From the human T2T-CHM13v2.0 reference genome, Homo sapiens, in assembly GCF_009914755.1 (NCBI RefSeq), contig NC_060948.1: 64,000 bases of DNA. One strand, 5' to 3'. A program made the position numbers and the translations under genes. The notes under the pieces are model-generated. The model had not been told where the DNA came from. It saw nothing but the letters and a program-made list of their open reading frames with translations, and ran no database searches. Positions 15,001 through 26,320 of this stretch are shown piece by piece; positions within the stretch are counted from its first letter, which is position 1, and each line of letters begins with the position of its first letter.

Positions 15001-18000
15001 TTACGGTGAGTGTTACAGCACTTAAAGTTGTTTTGTCCAGAGTTTGTTGCTTCAGATGTGTCCAGAGTTTCTTTCTTCTGGCAGGTTCATGGTCTTGCTC
15101 ACTTCAAGAATGAAGCTGCAGACCTTACTGGTGAGTGTTACAGCACTTAAAGCTGTTATGTCCAGAGTTTGTTCCTTCAGATGTTTCCAGAGTTTCTTCC
15201 TTCTGGCAGGTTCGTGGTCTTGCTCACTTCTTTAATGAAGCTGCACACATTAATGGTGAGTGTTACAGCACTTAAAGTTGTTATGTCCAGAGTTTTTTTC
15301 TTCAGATGTGTCCAGAGATTCTTCCTTCTGGCAGTTTCCTGGTCTTCCTCACTTCAAGAATGAAGCTGCAGACTTTACTGGTGAGTGTTACAGCACTTAA
15401 AGTTGTTATGTCCAGAGTTTGTTCCTTCAGATGTGTCCAGAGTGTCTTCATTCTGGCATGTTCACGGTCTTGCTCACTTCACTAATGAAGCTGCAGACCT
15501 TACTGGTGAGGGTTACAGCACTTAAAGGTGTTATGTCCAGAGTTTGTTCCTTCAGATGTGTCCAGGGTTTCTGTCTTCTGGCAGGTTCATGGTCTTGCTC
15601 AATTCAAGAATGAAGCTGCCGAAATTAGTGGTGAGTGTTACAGCACTTAAAGTTGTTATGTCCAGAGTTTTTTCCTTCAGATGTGTCCGACGTTTCTTCC
15701 TTCTGGCATGTTCATGGTCTTGCTCACTTCAAGAATGAAGCTGCAGACCTTACTATTCAGTGTTAAAGCACTTAGAGGTGTTATATCCAGAGTTTGATCC
15801 TTCAGATGTGTCCAGAGTTTCTTCCTTCTTGCAGGTTCATGGTGTTGCTCACTTCCTTAATGAAGCTGCAGACCTTACCGGTGAGTGTTATAGCACTTAA
15901 AGGTGTTATGTCCAGAGTTCGTTCCCTCAGATGTGTCCAGGGTTTGTGTCTTCTGGCAGGTTCATGGTCTTGCTCACTTCAAGAATGAAGCTGCCGACCT
16001 TAGTGGTGAGTGTTACAGCATTTAAAGTTGTTATGTCCAGACTTTGTTCCTTCAGATATGTCCGGAGTTTCTTCCTTCTGGCAGGTTCATTGTCTTGCTC
16101 ATTTCAAGAATGAAACTGCAGACCTTAGTGGTGAGTGTTACAGCACTTAAAGGTGTTATGTCCAGAGTTTGTTCCTTCTGATGTGTCCAGAGTGTCTTCC
16201 TTCTGGCAGCTTCATGGTCTTGCTCACTTCACTAATGAAGCTGCAGACCTTACTGGTGAGTGTTACAGCACTTAAAGGTGTTATGTCCAGAGTTTGTTCC
16301 TTCTGATGTGTCCAGGGTTTCTGTCTTCTGGCAAGTTCATGTTCTTGCTCACTTCAAGAATGAAGCTGCAGACCTTAGTGGTGACTGTTACAGCACTTAA
16401 AAGTGTTATGTCCAGAGTTTTTCCTTCAGATGTGTCCAGCGTTTCTTCCTTCTGGCAGGTTCATGGTCTTGCTCACTTCAAGAATGAAGCTGCAGACCTT
16501 ACTATTCAGTGTTAAAGCACTTAAAGGTGTTATATCCAGAGTTTGATCCTTCAGATGTGTCCAGAGTTTCTTCCTTCTTGCAGTTTCATGGTGTTGCTCA
16601 CTTCAAGAATGAAGCTGCAGACCTTAGTGTTGAGTGTTACAGCACTTAAAGGTGTTAGGTCCAGAGTTTGTTCCTTCAGATGTGTCCAGAGTTTATTCCT
16701 TCTTGCAGGTTCTTGGTCTTGCTCACTTCCTTAATGAAGCTGCAGACCTTACCGGTGAGTGTTGCAGCACTTAAAGGTGTTATGTCCAGAGTTTGTTCCT
16801 TCAGATGTGTCCAGGGTTTCTGTCTTCTGGCAGTTTCATGGTCTTGCTCACTTCAAGAATGAAGCTGCCGACCTTAGTGGTGAGTGTTACCGCATTTAAA
16901 GGTGTTATGTCCAGACTTTGTTCCTTCAGATATGTCCGGAGTTTCTTCCTTCTGGCAGGTTCATTGTCTTTCTCATTTCAAGAATGAAACTGCAGACCTT
17001 AGTGTTGAGTGTTTCATCACTTAAAGGTGTTATGTCCAGAGTTTGTTCCTTCAGATGTGTCCAGAGTTTCTTCCTTCTTGCAGGTTCGTGGTCTTGCTCA
17101 CTTCCTTAATGAAGCTGCAGACCTTACCGGTGAGTGTTACAGCACTTAAAGGTGTTATGTCCAGAGTTTGTTCCTTCATATGTGTCCAGTGTTTCTTCCT
17201 TCTGGCAGGTTCATGGTCTTGCTCACTTCAAGAATGAAGCTGCAGACTTTTGTGGTGAGTGTTACAGCAGTTAAAGTTGTTATGTCCAGAATTTGTTCCT
17301 TCAGATGTGTCCAGTGTTTCTTCCTTCTGGCAGGTTGATTGTCTTGCTCACTTCAAGAATGAAGCTGCAGACCTTACTGGTGAGTGTTACAGCACTTAAA
17401 GCTGTTATGTCCAGAGTTTGTTCCTTCAGATGTTTCCAGAGTTTCTTCCTTCTGGCAGGTTCGTGATCTTGCTCACTTCTTTAATGAAGCTGCAGACCTT
17501 ACTGGTGAGTGTTACAGCACTTAAAGGTGTTATGTCCAGAGTTTGTTTCTTCAGATGTTTCCAGAGTTTCTTCTTTCTGGCAGTTTCTTGGTCTTCCTCA
17601 CTTCAAGAATGAAGCTGCAGACATTACTGGTGAGTGTTACAGCACTTAAAGGTGTTATGTCCAGAGTTTGTTCCGTCAGATGTGTCCAGAGTGTCTTCCT
17701 TCTGGCAGGTTCATGGTCTTGCTCACTTCACTAATGAAGCTGCAGACCTTACTGGGGAGTGTTACAGTACTTAAAGGTGTTTTGTCCAGAGTTTGTTCCT
17801 TGAGATGTGTCCAGAGTTTCTTCCTTCTAGCAGGTTCATTGTCTTGCTCATTTCAAGAATTAAGCTGCAGACCTTAGTGGTGAGTGTTACACCACTTAAA
17901 GTTGTTATGTCCAGAGTTTGTTCCTTCTCGTGTTTCCAGAGTTTCTTCCTTCTGGCAGGTTCGTGGTCTTGCTCACTTCTTTAATGAAGCTGCAGACCTT

Positions 18001-21000
18001 ACTGGTGAGTGTTACAGCACTTAAAGGTGTTATGTCCAGAGTTTGTTTCTTCAGATGTGTCCAGAGTTTCTTCCTTCTGGCAGTTTCGTGGTCTTCCTCA
18101 CTTCAAGAATGAAGCTGCAGACCTTACTGGTGAGTGTTACAGCACTTATAGTTGTTATGTCCAGAGTTTGTTCCTTCGGATGTGTCCAGAGTGTCTTCCT
18201 TCTGGCAGGTTCATGGTCTTCCTCACTTCACTAATGAAGCTGCAGACCTTACTGGTGAGTGTTACAGCACTTAAAGGTGTTATGTCCAGAGTTTGTTCCT
18301 TCAGATGTGTCCAGGGTTTCTGTCTTCTGGCAGGTTCATGGTCTTGCTCACTTCAAGAATGAAGCTGCCGACCTTAGTGGTGAGTGTTACAGCACTTAAA
18401 GGTGTTATGTCCAGAGTTTTTTCCTTCAGATATGTCCAGCGTTTCTTCCTTGTGGCAGGTTCATGGTCTTGCTCACTTCAAGAATGAAGCTGCAGACCTT
18501 ACTGTTGAGTGTTAAAGCACTTAAAGGTGTTATATCCAGAGTTTGTTCCTTCAGATGTGTCCAGAGTTTCTTCCTTCTGGCAGGTTCATGGTGTTGCTCA
18601 CTTCAAGAATGAAGCTGCAGACCTTAGTGTTGAGTGTTACAGCACTTACAGGTGTTGTGTCCAGAGTTTGTTCCTTCAGATGTGTCTAGAGTTTCTTCCT
18701 TCTTTCAGGTTCGTGGTCTTGCTCACTTCCTTAATGAAGCTGCAGACCTTACCGGTGAGTGTTACAGCACTTAAAGGTGTTATGTCCAGAGTTTGTTCCT
18801 TCAGATGTGTCCAGTGTTTCTTCCTTCTGGCAGGTTCATGGTCTTGCTCACTTCAAGAATGAAGCTGCAGACCTTACTGGTGAGTGTTACAGCACTTAAA
18901 GCTGTTATGTCCAGAGTTTGTTCCTTCGGATGTTTCCAGAGTTTCTTCCTTCTGGCAGGTTCGTGGTCTTGCTCACTTCTTTAATGAAGCTGCAGACCTT
19001 AATGGTGAGTGTTACAGCACTTAAAGGTGTTATGTCCAGAGTTTGTTTCTTCAGATGTGTCCAGAGTTTCTTCTTTCTGGCAGTTTCGTGGTCTTCCTCA
19101 CTTCAAGAATGAAGCTGCAGACATTACTGGTGAGTGTTACAGCACTTAAATGTGTTATGTCCAGAGTTTGTTCCCTCAGATGTGTCCAGAGTGTCTTCCT
19201 TCTGGCAGGTTCATGGTCTTGCTCACTTCACTAATGAAGCTGCAGGCCTTACTGGGGAGTGTTACAGTACTTAAAGGTGTTTTGTCCAGAGTTTGTTCCT
19301 TCAGATGTGTCCAGAGTTTCTTCCTTCTAGCAGGTTCATTGTCTTGCTCATTTCAAGAATTATGCTGCAGACCTTAGTTCTGAGTGTTATAGCACTTAAA
19401 GGTGTTATGTCCAGAGTTTGTTCCTTCAGATGTGTCCAGAGTTTCTTCCTTCTGGCAGGTTCATGGTGTTGCTCACTTCAAGAATGAAGCTGCAGACCTT
19501 ACTGGTGAGTGTTACAGCACTTAAAGCTGTTATGTCCAGAGTTTGTTCCTTCAGGTATTTCCAGAGTTTCTTCCTTCTGGCAGGTTCGTGGTCTTCCTCA
19601 CTTCTTTAATGAAGCTGCCGACCTTACTGGTGAGTGTTACAGCACTTAAAGGTGTTATGTCCAGAGTTTGTTTCTTCAGATGTGTCCAGAGTTTCTTCCT
19701 TCTGGCAGTTTCGTGGTCTTCCTCACTTCAAGAATGAAGCTGCAGACCTTACTGGTGAGTGTTACAGCACTTAAAGTTGTTATGTCCACAGTTTGTTCCT
19801 TCGGATGTGTCCAGAGTGTCTTCCTTCTGGCAGGTTCATGGTCTTGCTCACTTCACTAATGAAGCTGCAGACCTTACTGGTGAGTGTTACAGCACTTAAA
19901 GGTGTTATGTCCAGAGTTTGTTCCTTCAGATGTGTCCAGGGTTTCTGTCTTCTGGCATGTTCATGGTCTTGCTCACTTCAAGAATGAAGCTGCCGACCTT
20001 AGTGGTGAGTGTTACAGCACTTAAAGGTGTTATGTCCAGAGTTTTTTCCTTCAGATATGTCCAGCGTTTCTTCCTTCTGGCAGATTCATGGTCTTGCTCA
20101 CTTCAAGAATGAAGCTGCAGACCTTACTGTTGAGTGTTAAAGCACTTAAAGGTGTTATATCCAGAGTTTGTTCCTTCGGATGTGTCCAGAGTTTCTTCCT
20201 TCTGGCAGGTTCATGGTGTTACTCACTTCAAGAATGAAGCTGCAGACCTTAGTGTTGAGTGTTACAGCACTTAAAGGTGTTATGTCCAGAGTTTGTTCCT
20301 TCAGATGTGTCCAGAGTTTCTTCCTTCTTGCAGGTTCGTGGTCTTGCTCACTTCCTTAATGAAGCTGCAGACCTTACCGGTGAGTGTTACAGCACTTAAA
20401 GGTGTTATGTCCAGAGGTTGTTCCTTCAGATGTGTCCAGTGTTTCTTCCTTCTGGCAGGTTCATGGTCTTGCTCACTTCAAGAATGAAGCTGCAGACTTT
20501 TGTGGTGAGTGTTACAGCAGTTAAAGTTGTTATGTCCAGAATTTGTTCCTTCAGATGTGTCCAGTCTTTCTTCCTTCTGGCAGGTTCATGGTCTTGCTCA
20601 CTTCAAGAATGAAGCTGCAGACCTTACTGGTGAGTGTTACAGCACTTAAAACTGTTATGTCCAGAGTTTGTTCCTTCAGATGTTTCCAGAGTTTCTTCCT
20701 TCTGGCAGGTTCGTGGTCTTGCTCACTTCTTTAATGAAGCTGCAGACCTTACTGGTGAGTGTTACAGCACTTAAAGGTGTTATGTCCAGAGTTTGTTTTT
20801 TCAGATGTGTCCAGAGTTTCTTCTTTCTGGCAGTTTCGTGGTCTTCCTCACTTCAAGAATGAAGCTGCAGACATTACTGGTGAGTGTTACAGCACTTAAA
20901 GGTGTTATGTCCAGAGTTTGTTCCCTCAGATGTGTCCAGAGTGTCTTCCTTCTGGCAGGTTCATGGTCTTGCTCACTTCACTAATGAAGCTGCAGACCTT

Positions 21001-22263
21001 ACTGGGGAGTGTTACAGTACTTAAAGGTGTTATGTCCAGAGTTTGTTCCTTCAGATGCGTCCAGAGTTTCTTCCTTCTGGCAGGTTCATGGTGTTGCTCA
21101 CTTCAAGAATGAAGCTGCAGACCTTACTGGTGAGTGTTACAGCACTTAAAGGTGTTATGTCCAGAGTTTGTTCCTTCAGGTTTTTCCAGAGTTTCTTCCT
21201 TCTGGCAGGTTCGTGGTCTTGCTCACTTCTTTAATGAAGCTGCAGACCTTACTGGTGAGTGTTACAGCACTTAAAGGTGTTATGTCCAGCGTTTGTTCCT
21301 TCAGATGTGTCAAGAGTTTCTTCCTTCTGGCAGTTTCGTGGTCTTCCTCACTTCAAGAATGAAGCTGCAGACCTTACTGGTGAGTGTTACAGCACTTAAA
21401 GGTGTTATGTCCAGAGTTTGTTCCTTCAGATATGTCCAGAGTGTCTTCCTTCTGGCAGGTTCATGGTCTTGCTCACTTCACTAATGAAGGTGCAGACCTT
21501 ACTGGTGAGTGTTACAGCACTTAACGGTGTTATGTCCAGAGTTTTTTCCTTCAGATGTCTCCAGAGTTTCTTCCTTCTGGCAGGTTCGTGGTCTTGCTCA
21601 CTTCAAGAATGATGCTGCAGACCTTAGTGGTGAGTGTTTCAACACTAAAAGGTGTTATGTCCAGAGTTTGTTCCTTCAGAAGTATCCAGGGTTTCTTCCT
21701 TCTGGCAGGTTCATGGTCTTGCTCACTTTAAGAATGAAGCTGCAGACCTTACTGGTGAGTGTTATAGCACTTAAAGTTGTTATGTCCAGAGTTTGTTCCT
21801 TCAGATGTGTCCAGAGTTTCTTCCTTCTGGCAGGTTCATGGTCTTGTTCACTTCAAGAATGAAGCTGCAGACCTTAGTGGTGAGTGTTACAGCACTTAAA
21901 GGTGTTATGTCCAGAGTTTGTTCCTTCAGATGTGTCCAGAATTTCTTCCTTCTGGAAGGTTCGTGGTCTTAGCTCACCTCCTTAATGAAGCTGCAGACCT
22001 TACTCGTGAGTGTTACAGCAGTTAAAGGTGTTATGTCCAGAGTTTGTTTCTGCAGATGTGTCCAGAGTTTCTTCCTTCTGGCAGGTTCATGGTCTTTCTC
22101 ACTTCAAGAATGAAGCTGCAGACCTTACTGGTGAGTGTTGCAGCACTTAAATGTGTTATGTCCAGGGTTTGTTCCTTCATATGTGTCCATAGTTTCTTCC
22201 TTCTGGCTGGTTCATGGTCTTGCTCACTTCAAGAATGAAGCTGCAGACCTTAGTGGTGAGTGT
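1..22263. repeat. DYZ19: 125-bp tandem satellite derived from LTR12/ERV9 (antisense of the LTR 3' region); probable chrY DYZ19 array edge
   Basis: Near-exact 125-bp period (ORF starts recur at 42, 167, 417...). Unit ggtgagtgttacagcacttaaaggtgttatgtccagagtttgttccttcagatgtgtccagagtttcttccttctggcaggttcatggtcttgctcacttcaagaatgaagctgcagacctta resembles LTR12 reverse-strand sequence with CpGs decayed. DYZ19 is known as a 125-bp LTR12B-derived satellite. Confidence 0.9.
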
Positions 22264-22289
22264 CTGCTAAAAACAATGTAAAAATATGT

Positions 22290-22725
22290 GTCTGCTAAAA
22301 ACAGTTTAAAAGTGTTCCTCTTTCTCCACAGCCTTGCCAGCATCAGTTGTTTCCTGACCTTTTAATAATCTCCACTATGACTGGTGTGAGATGATCTCTC
22401 ATCGTCGTTTTGATTTGCATTTCTCTGATGGTTGGTGATGTTGGGCTTTTTTCCATATGTTTGTTGGCTGCACAAATGTCTTATTTTAAGAAGTGTCTGT
22501 TTATATCCTTTGCTCACTTTTTAGTGGGTTTGTTTTTTTTTATTTTTGTAAATATGTTATTTTCCTTGTAAATTCTGGATATTAGACCTCTCTCAGATGG
22601 GTAAATTGCAACAATTTTCTCCCATTCTGTAGGTAGCCTGTTCACTCTAATAATAGTTTTGCTGTGCAGAAGCTTTTTTCTTTAATTAGATTCCATTCTT
22701 CAATTTTGGCTTCTGTTGCAATTCC
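22290..22725 (-). mobile_element. L1 ORF2 3' region fragment (older L1PA) abutting the satellite
   Basis: aacagtttaaaagtgttcctctttctccacagccttgccagcatc...ctgtgcagaagctt...aattttggcttctgttgcaatt matches antisense L1 ORF2 C-terminal region. Confidence 0.85.
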
Positions 22726-22729
22726 ATAT

Positions 22730-22935
22730 GGTATTAGGTCTTCTGATTCTCCGCTAGTTTGGTAAGGATAATTGCCTACAGCTCCCTAGAGGCAATTATC
22801 TCAATTTTCTCAAAGGACATTATCTCCTTTTTTTATGTTTGCATATTATTCTGCAGAAAATTTGTTATCACAGTTTCTTCATCTATTCTATCATCAATGG
22901 TCCTTTAGGTTGATTCAATGTATTTGTTATTGCAA
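22730..22935 (-). mobile_element. Degenerate L1 3' end fragment
   Basis: ctagtttggtaaggataattgcctacagctcc...aaaggacattatctcc...ttaggttgattcaatgtatttgttattgc resembles antisense L1 3' end. Confidence 0.55.
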
Positions 22936-24544
22936 AACAAAAAAAATTGTATTTCACCTTACTAAGCTTCATAAATAAAAGTCTAAGAAAAAGTAAATTA
23001 TTTTCAGACAAGCAAGCACTAAGGGTTCTTGCTACAATCAGACCACCCTTACAAAAGTTATTTAAGGCGTGCTAAGCATGGAAACAAAACATAAAAACCT
23101 AACACTTTGAGAATACTATTATGCACATAGCCCACGAACTATGTAAAACATTATATAAGCAAGTCTACAAGACAAACTGCCAACAACATGAGGACAGAAT
23201 CAAAAGCTTATACATGAATATACATCCTGAATGTTAATTATCTAGATGTTCTCATTTAGAGGCATATTGTGGCAATCTGGACAAAAAGACAAAACTCGGC
23301 TGTCTGCAGTCTTCAGGAGATAAATCTTACATGAAATAAAACCCACAGGCTCAAATGAAAGAGATGGAGAAATGTATATCAGCTAAAGGGAAAATAGAAA
23401 AGAGTGGGGGGTCTCTGTTATGTCAGATGAAGCAGATTTTAAACAAATAACAATCAGGAAGGACACAGAAGAGTAGTACTGAATGATAACAGGTTCAATT
23501 TTTTTTAAAAAGCCTTAACTATACTAAATATTCATTTTCTCAACAAAGTAGCACTTAGATTCACAAAACAAGTTCTTCTTAATCTACGACAAGACTTATA
23601 CAGTCACACAATAATTGTAGAGAAATTTAATATTCCACAGACAGTGTTACATTGCTCATCAAGGCAAAACACTATTAAAGAAATTCTGTACTTAAATTTG
23701 ACACTTGAAAAATATGACCTAATAGTCACCAGTAGATTAGTCACCCAATCACTATAGAATATACATTCTTCTCATCTGCACATATAACTTGTTTTAGGGC
23801 TGACCAGGTTCTCAGCCATAAAGCAAGTATAAATAAATTTTAAAAAATGAAATTGTGCCAAGCACTCTTGGAACATAGTGCAATAAAAATAAAATAAATA
23901 CAAATACATATCTTAAAACTACACAAAAACATGCAAATTTAAAAATATGCTTCTCAATAACTATTGAGTAAACAATAATATGGACAGAAATGGAAACGAA
24001 TCTCTGAAATTAATAAATATAGAGACACAACTTACCAAAACTTTGGGGATGCAACTAAAACAGTTTTAAGAGAAACATTTATAGTACTAAATATGTCAAA
24101 TCAACAACCTAACATCACAATGAGAGGAACTAGAAAACAATAACAATCTCACCCCAAAGCTATTAGAATTTTAAAAAAAACTAAAATTGAAGAATTGAAC
24201 AAAACTGAGACCCAAAAACTCACACAGAAAATTAATAAAACTGTGTTTTATTATTATTTAGAGAATTATTATTTAGAGAATAAGACTGATAGACTGTTAG
24301 ATACACTAAAAAATAAAAAAAATGAAGATCCAAATATGCACACAATCATAAATGACAAAGATCACATTAAGCCAATCCCACAGAAATAAAAAAGATCCTC
24401 AGAGGCTATTATTAGTACTTCTATAAAGAAAATTAGAAAATATAGAGGAAATGAATACATTCCTAGAAATACATAATGTCCCAAGATAGAAGCAGGAAAA
24501 AAGTGAAAACCTGAACAGACCAATAATAAATTTGGAAACCAAAT

Positions 24545-24720
24545 CAATAATAATAATAGTTATTGTTATTAATAATATATTATGTTAACATATAATAAAT
24601 TATTATACCTAATATATAGTAAATATAATATGTAATATTAATATAATATTAAAATAATATATTACATGTAATATATTATTGTTATATAATTAATATATAA
24701 TATCAATATAATAACAATAA
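24545..24720. repeat. AT-rich low-complexity/(TA)n-like expansion inside the L1
   Basis: Almost exclusively A/T, with taa/tat/ata motifs. Confidence 0.85.
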
Positions 24721-24832
24721 AACTATGAACAAAAAGCACTGACCAGATTGATTCACAGCCAAATTCTTGATACCAATCCTATTGAAAGGTTTCCAAAAAA
24801 TTAAGGAAGAAAGAGTTTTTATAAATGCTTTC

Positions 24833-25054
24833 TTTTTTAAATTATTTTGTTTTTCTGAGATGGAGTCTGGCCCTGTCACCCAGAATGGAGTACAGTAGTG
24901 CGATCCTGGATCACTGTAACCTCTTACTCCCAGGTTCACGTGATTCTACTTGCCTCAGACACTTGAGTATCTGGGACTACAGGCGTGCACCACCATACCC
25001 AGCTAATTTTTGTATTTTTAGTAGAGACAGTTTTTACCATGATGGCTAGGCTAG
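24833..25054 (-). mobile_element. 5'-truncated Alu (antisense)
   Basis: poly-T, tgagatggagtct...ctgggactacaggcgtgcaccaccat...ttttgtatttttagtagagac. Confidence 0.9.
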
Positions 25055-26320
25055 TTATTAACACATTCTTACAAAGCCAACATCATTCTGACAAAATCTT
25101 ACAAAGACACAACAACAAAAGCTTCAGGCGAATATTGGTAAGTATAGATGCAACAACAAATCTATAAACATAAAAGCAAAAATCCTCAACAAAATACTAC
25201 AAAACTGAATCAGGCAGAACTTCCAAAAGATAATTCACCACCATCAAACAGATTTTATTTTTGAAATGCAAGATTGATTTAACATACACAAATCAGTAAG
25301 TATAACTCACCACATAAAAATAATTCAGAATGAAAACCATATTTCAAATGATGCAGAAAAAGTTTTGATAAAATCCAACATCCCTTATTGATAAAAGCCC
25401 TCAGCAGTTTAGGCACTGAAGGAACACAACTCAAAATAATAAGCACTATGTATGAAACTCACATGCAAAAATTCACTATATATAAAACCAACCTCAGACT
25501 GAAAGAGAAAAGTGAAATTGTATCCTTTGAGAACTGGGGAATTATACGGATGCTACATTCACCACTTCTATTCAACAAAGTATTATACATCCTAGAAAAA
25601 GCAGCGAAGAAAAATAAATAAATAAATAAATCCAAATAGGAAATTAAGTTGAATTATCTTTTTTTCTGACAGTATAATTTTATTACCCACCCCCCAAAGA
25701 AAACCTCTAAAGAGTTTCCAAAATGGTTCCTGGAACAGATGTAAAAGTTAATAAATTTCAGAATATAAAATTATATTACAATAATCAATAGTAAGTTTAC
25801 ACATCAATACAATTTTAAGTAACAACCAAATTTAAAACAATTTTATTTATGGAAGCCACACACAAATAAACACAAAATACATAGGAATAATTTAGCCAAT
25901 TAAGTGAAAGGTATCTATAAAGAGAACTTTAAACCAGTCTTGGAAGAAGTCAGGGATGACACAAATAACAAAAAAAAAATATTACATGCTCATGAATTGG
26001 GAGAATAATGAGTTAAAATCTCTACACTGCACTAAGAAGTTTGTAGAAACAATGCTAACAGTGTCTACCTATGTAAATTTTCACAGAATTAGAAAACTCT
26101 ATTGCAAAATTTATTTGAAACCAAAAATGGCCCAAACAACCTATGCAATTGTAAGCAAGGAGAATAAAGCTGGAGGCATCACACTGACCACGTTTAAACT
26201 GTACTGTATGGCACAAACAAAATTTTTTGTAAAATATAAACAGACCTATAGACAAATGGAAAAGAGGAGTGAACATATAGATAAATCTGCACATCTAAAA
26301 CTATCTGATCTTGGACAAAA

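Larger units (their letters stand above)
22950..26320 (+). mobile_element. Old L1 (L1PA15/16- or L1PB-like), end of ORF1 through ORF2 EN/RT, decayed
   Basis: ORF1 end (actaagcttcataaat...ttttcagacaagcaagcactaagg) then EN- and RT-like segments; ORF track shows IKALSSLGTEGT and AGGITLTTFKLY remnants; many stops and frameshifts. Confidence 0.85.

Noticed and set aside
42-22238. Family of ~60-117 aa ORFs (MFLQMCPEFLPSGRF...) as a multicopy gene
   Set aside because: They overlap, mostly start at TTG, shift frame with each 125-bp unit and are a direct consequence of the repeat; no recognisable domain.
1-22263. CRISPR-like repeat-spacer array
   Set aside because: The whole 125-bp unit is repeated with no unique spacers and no cas genes; the context is primate Alu/L1 DNA.
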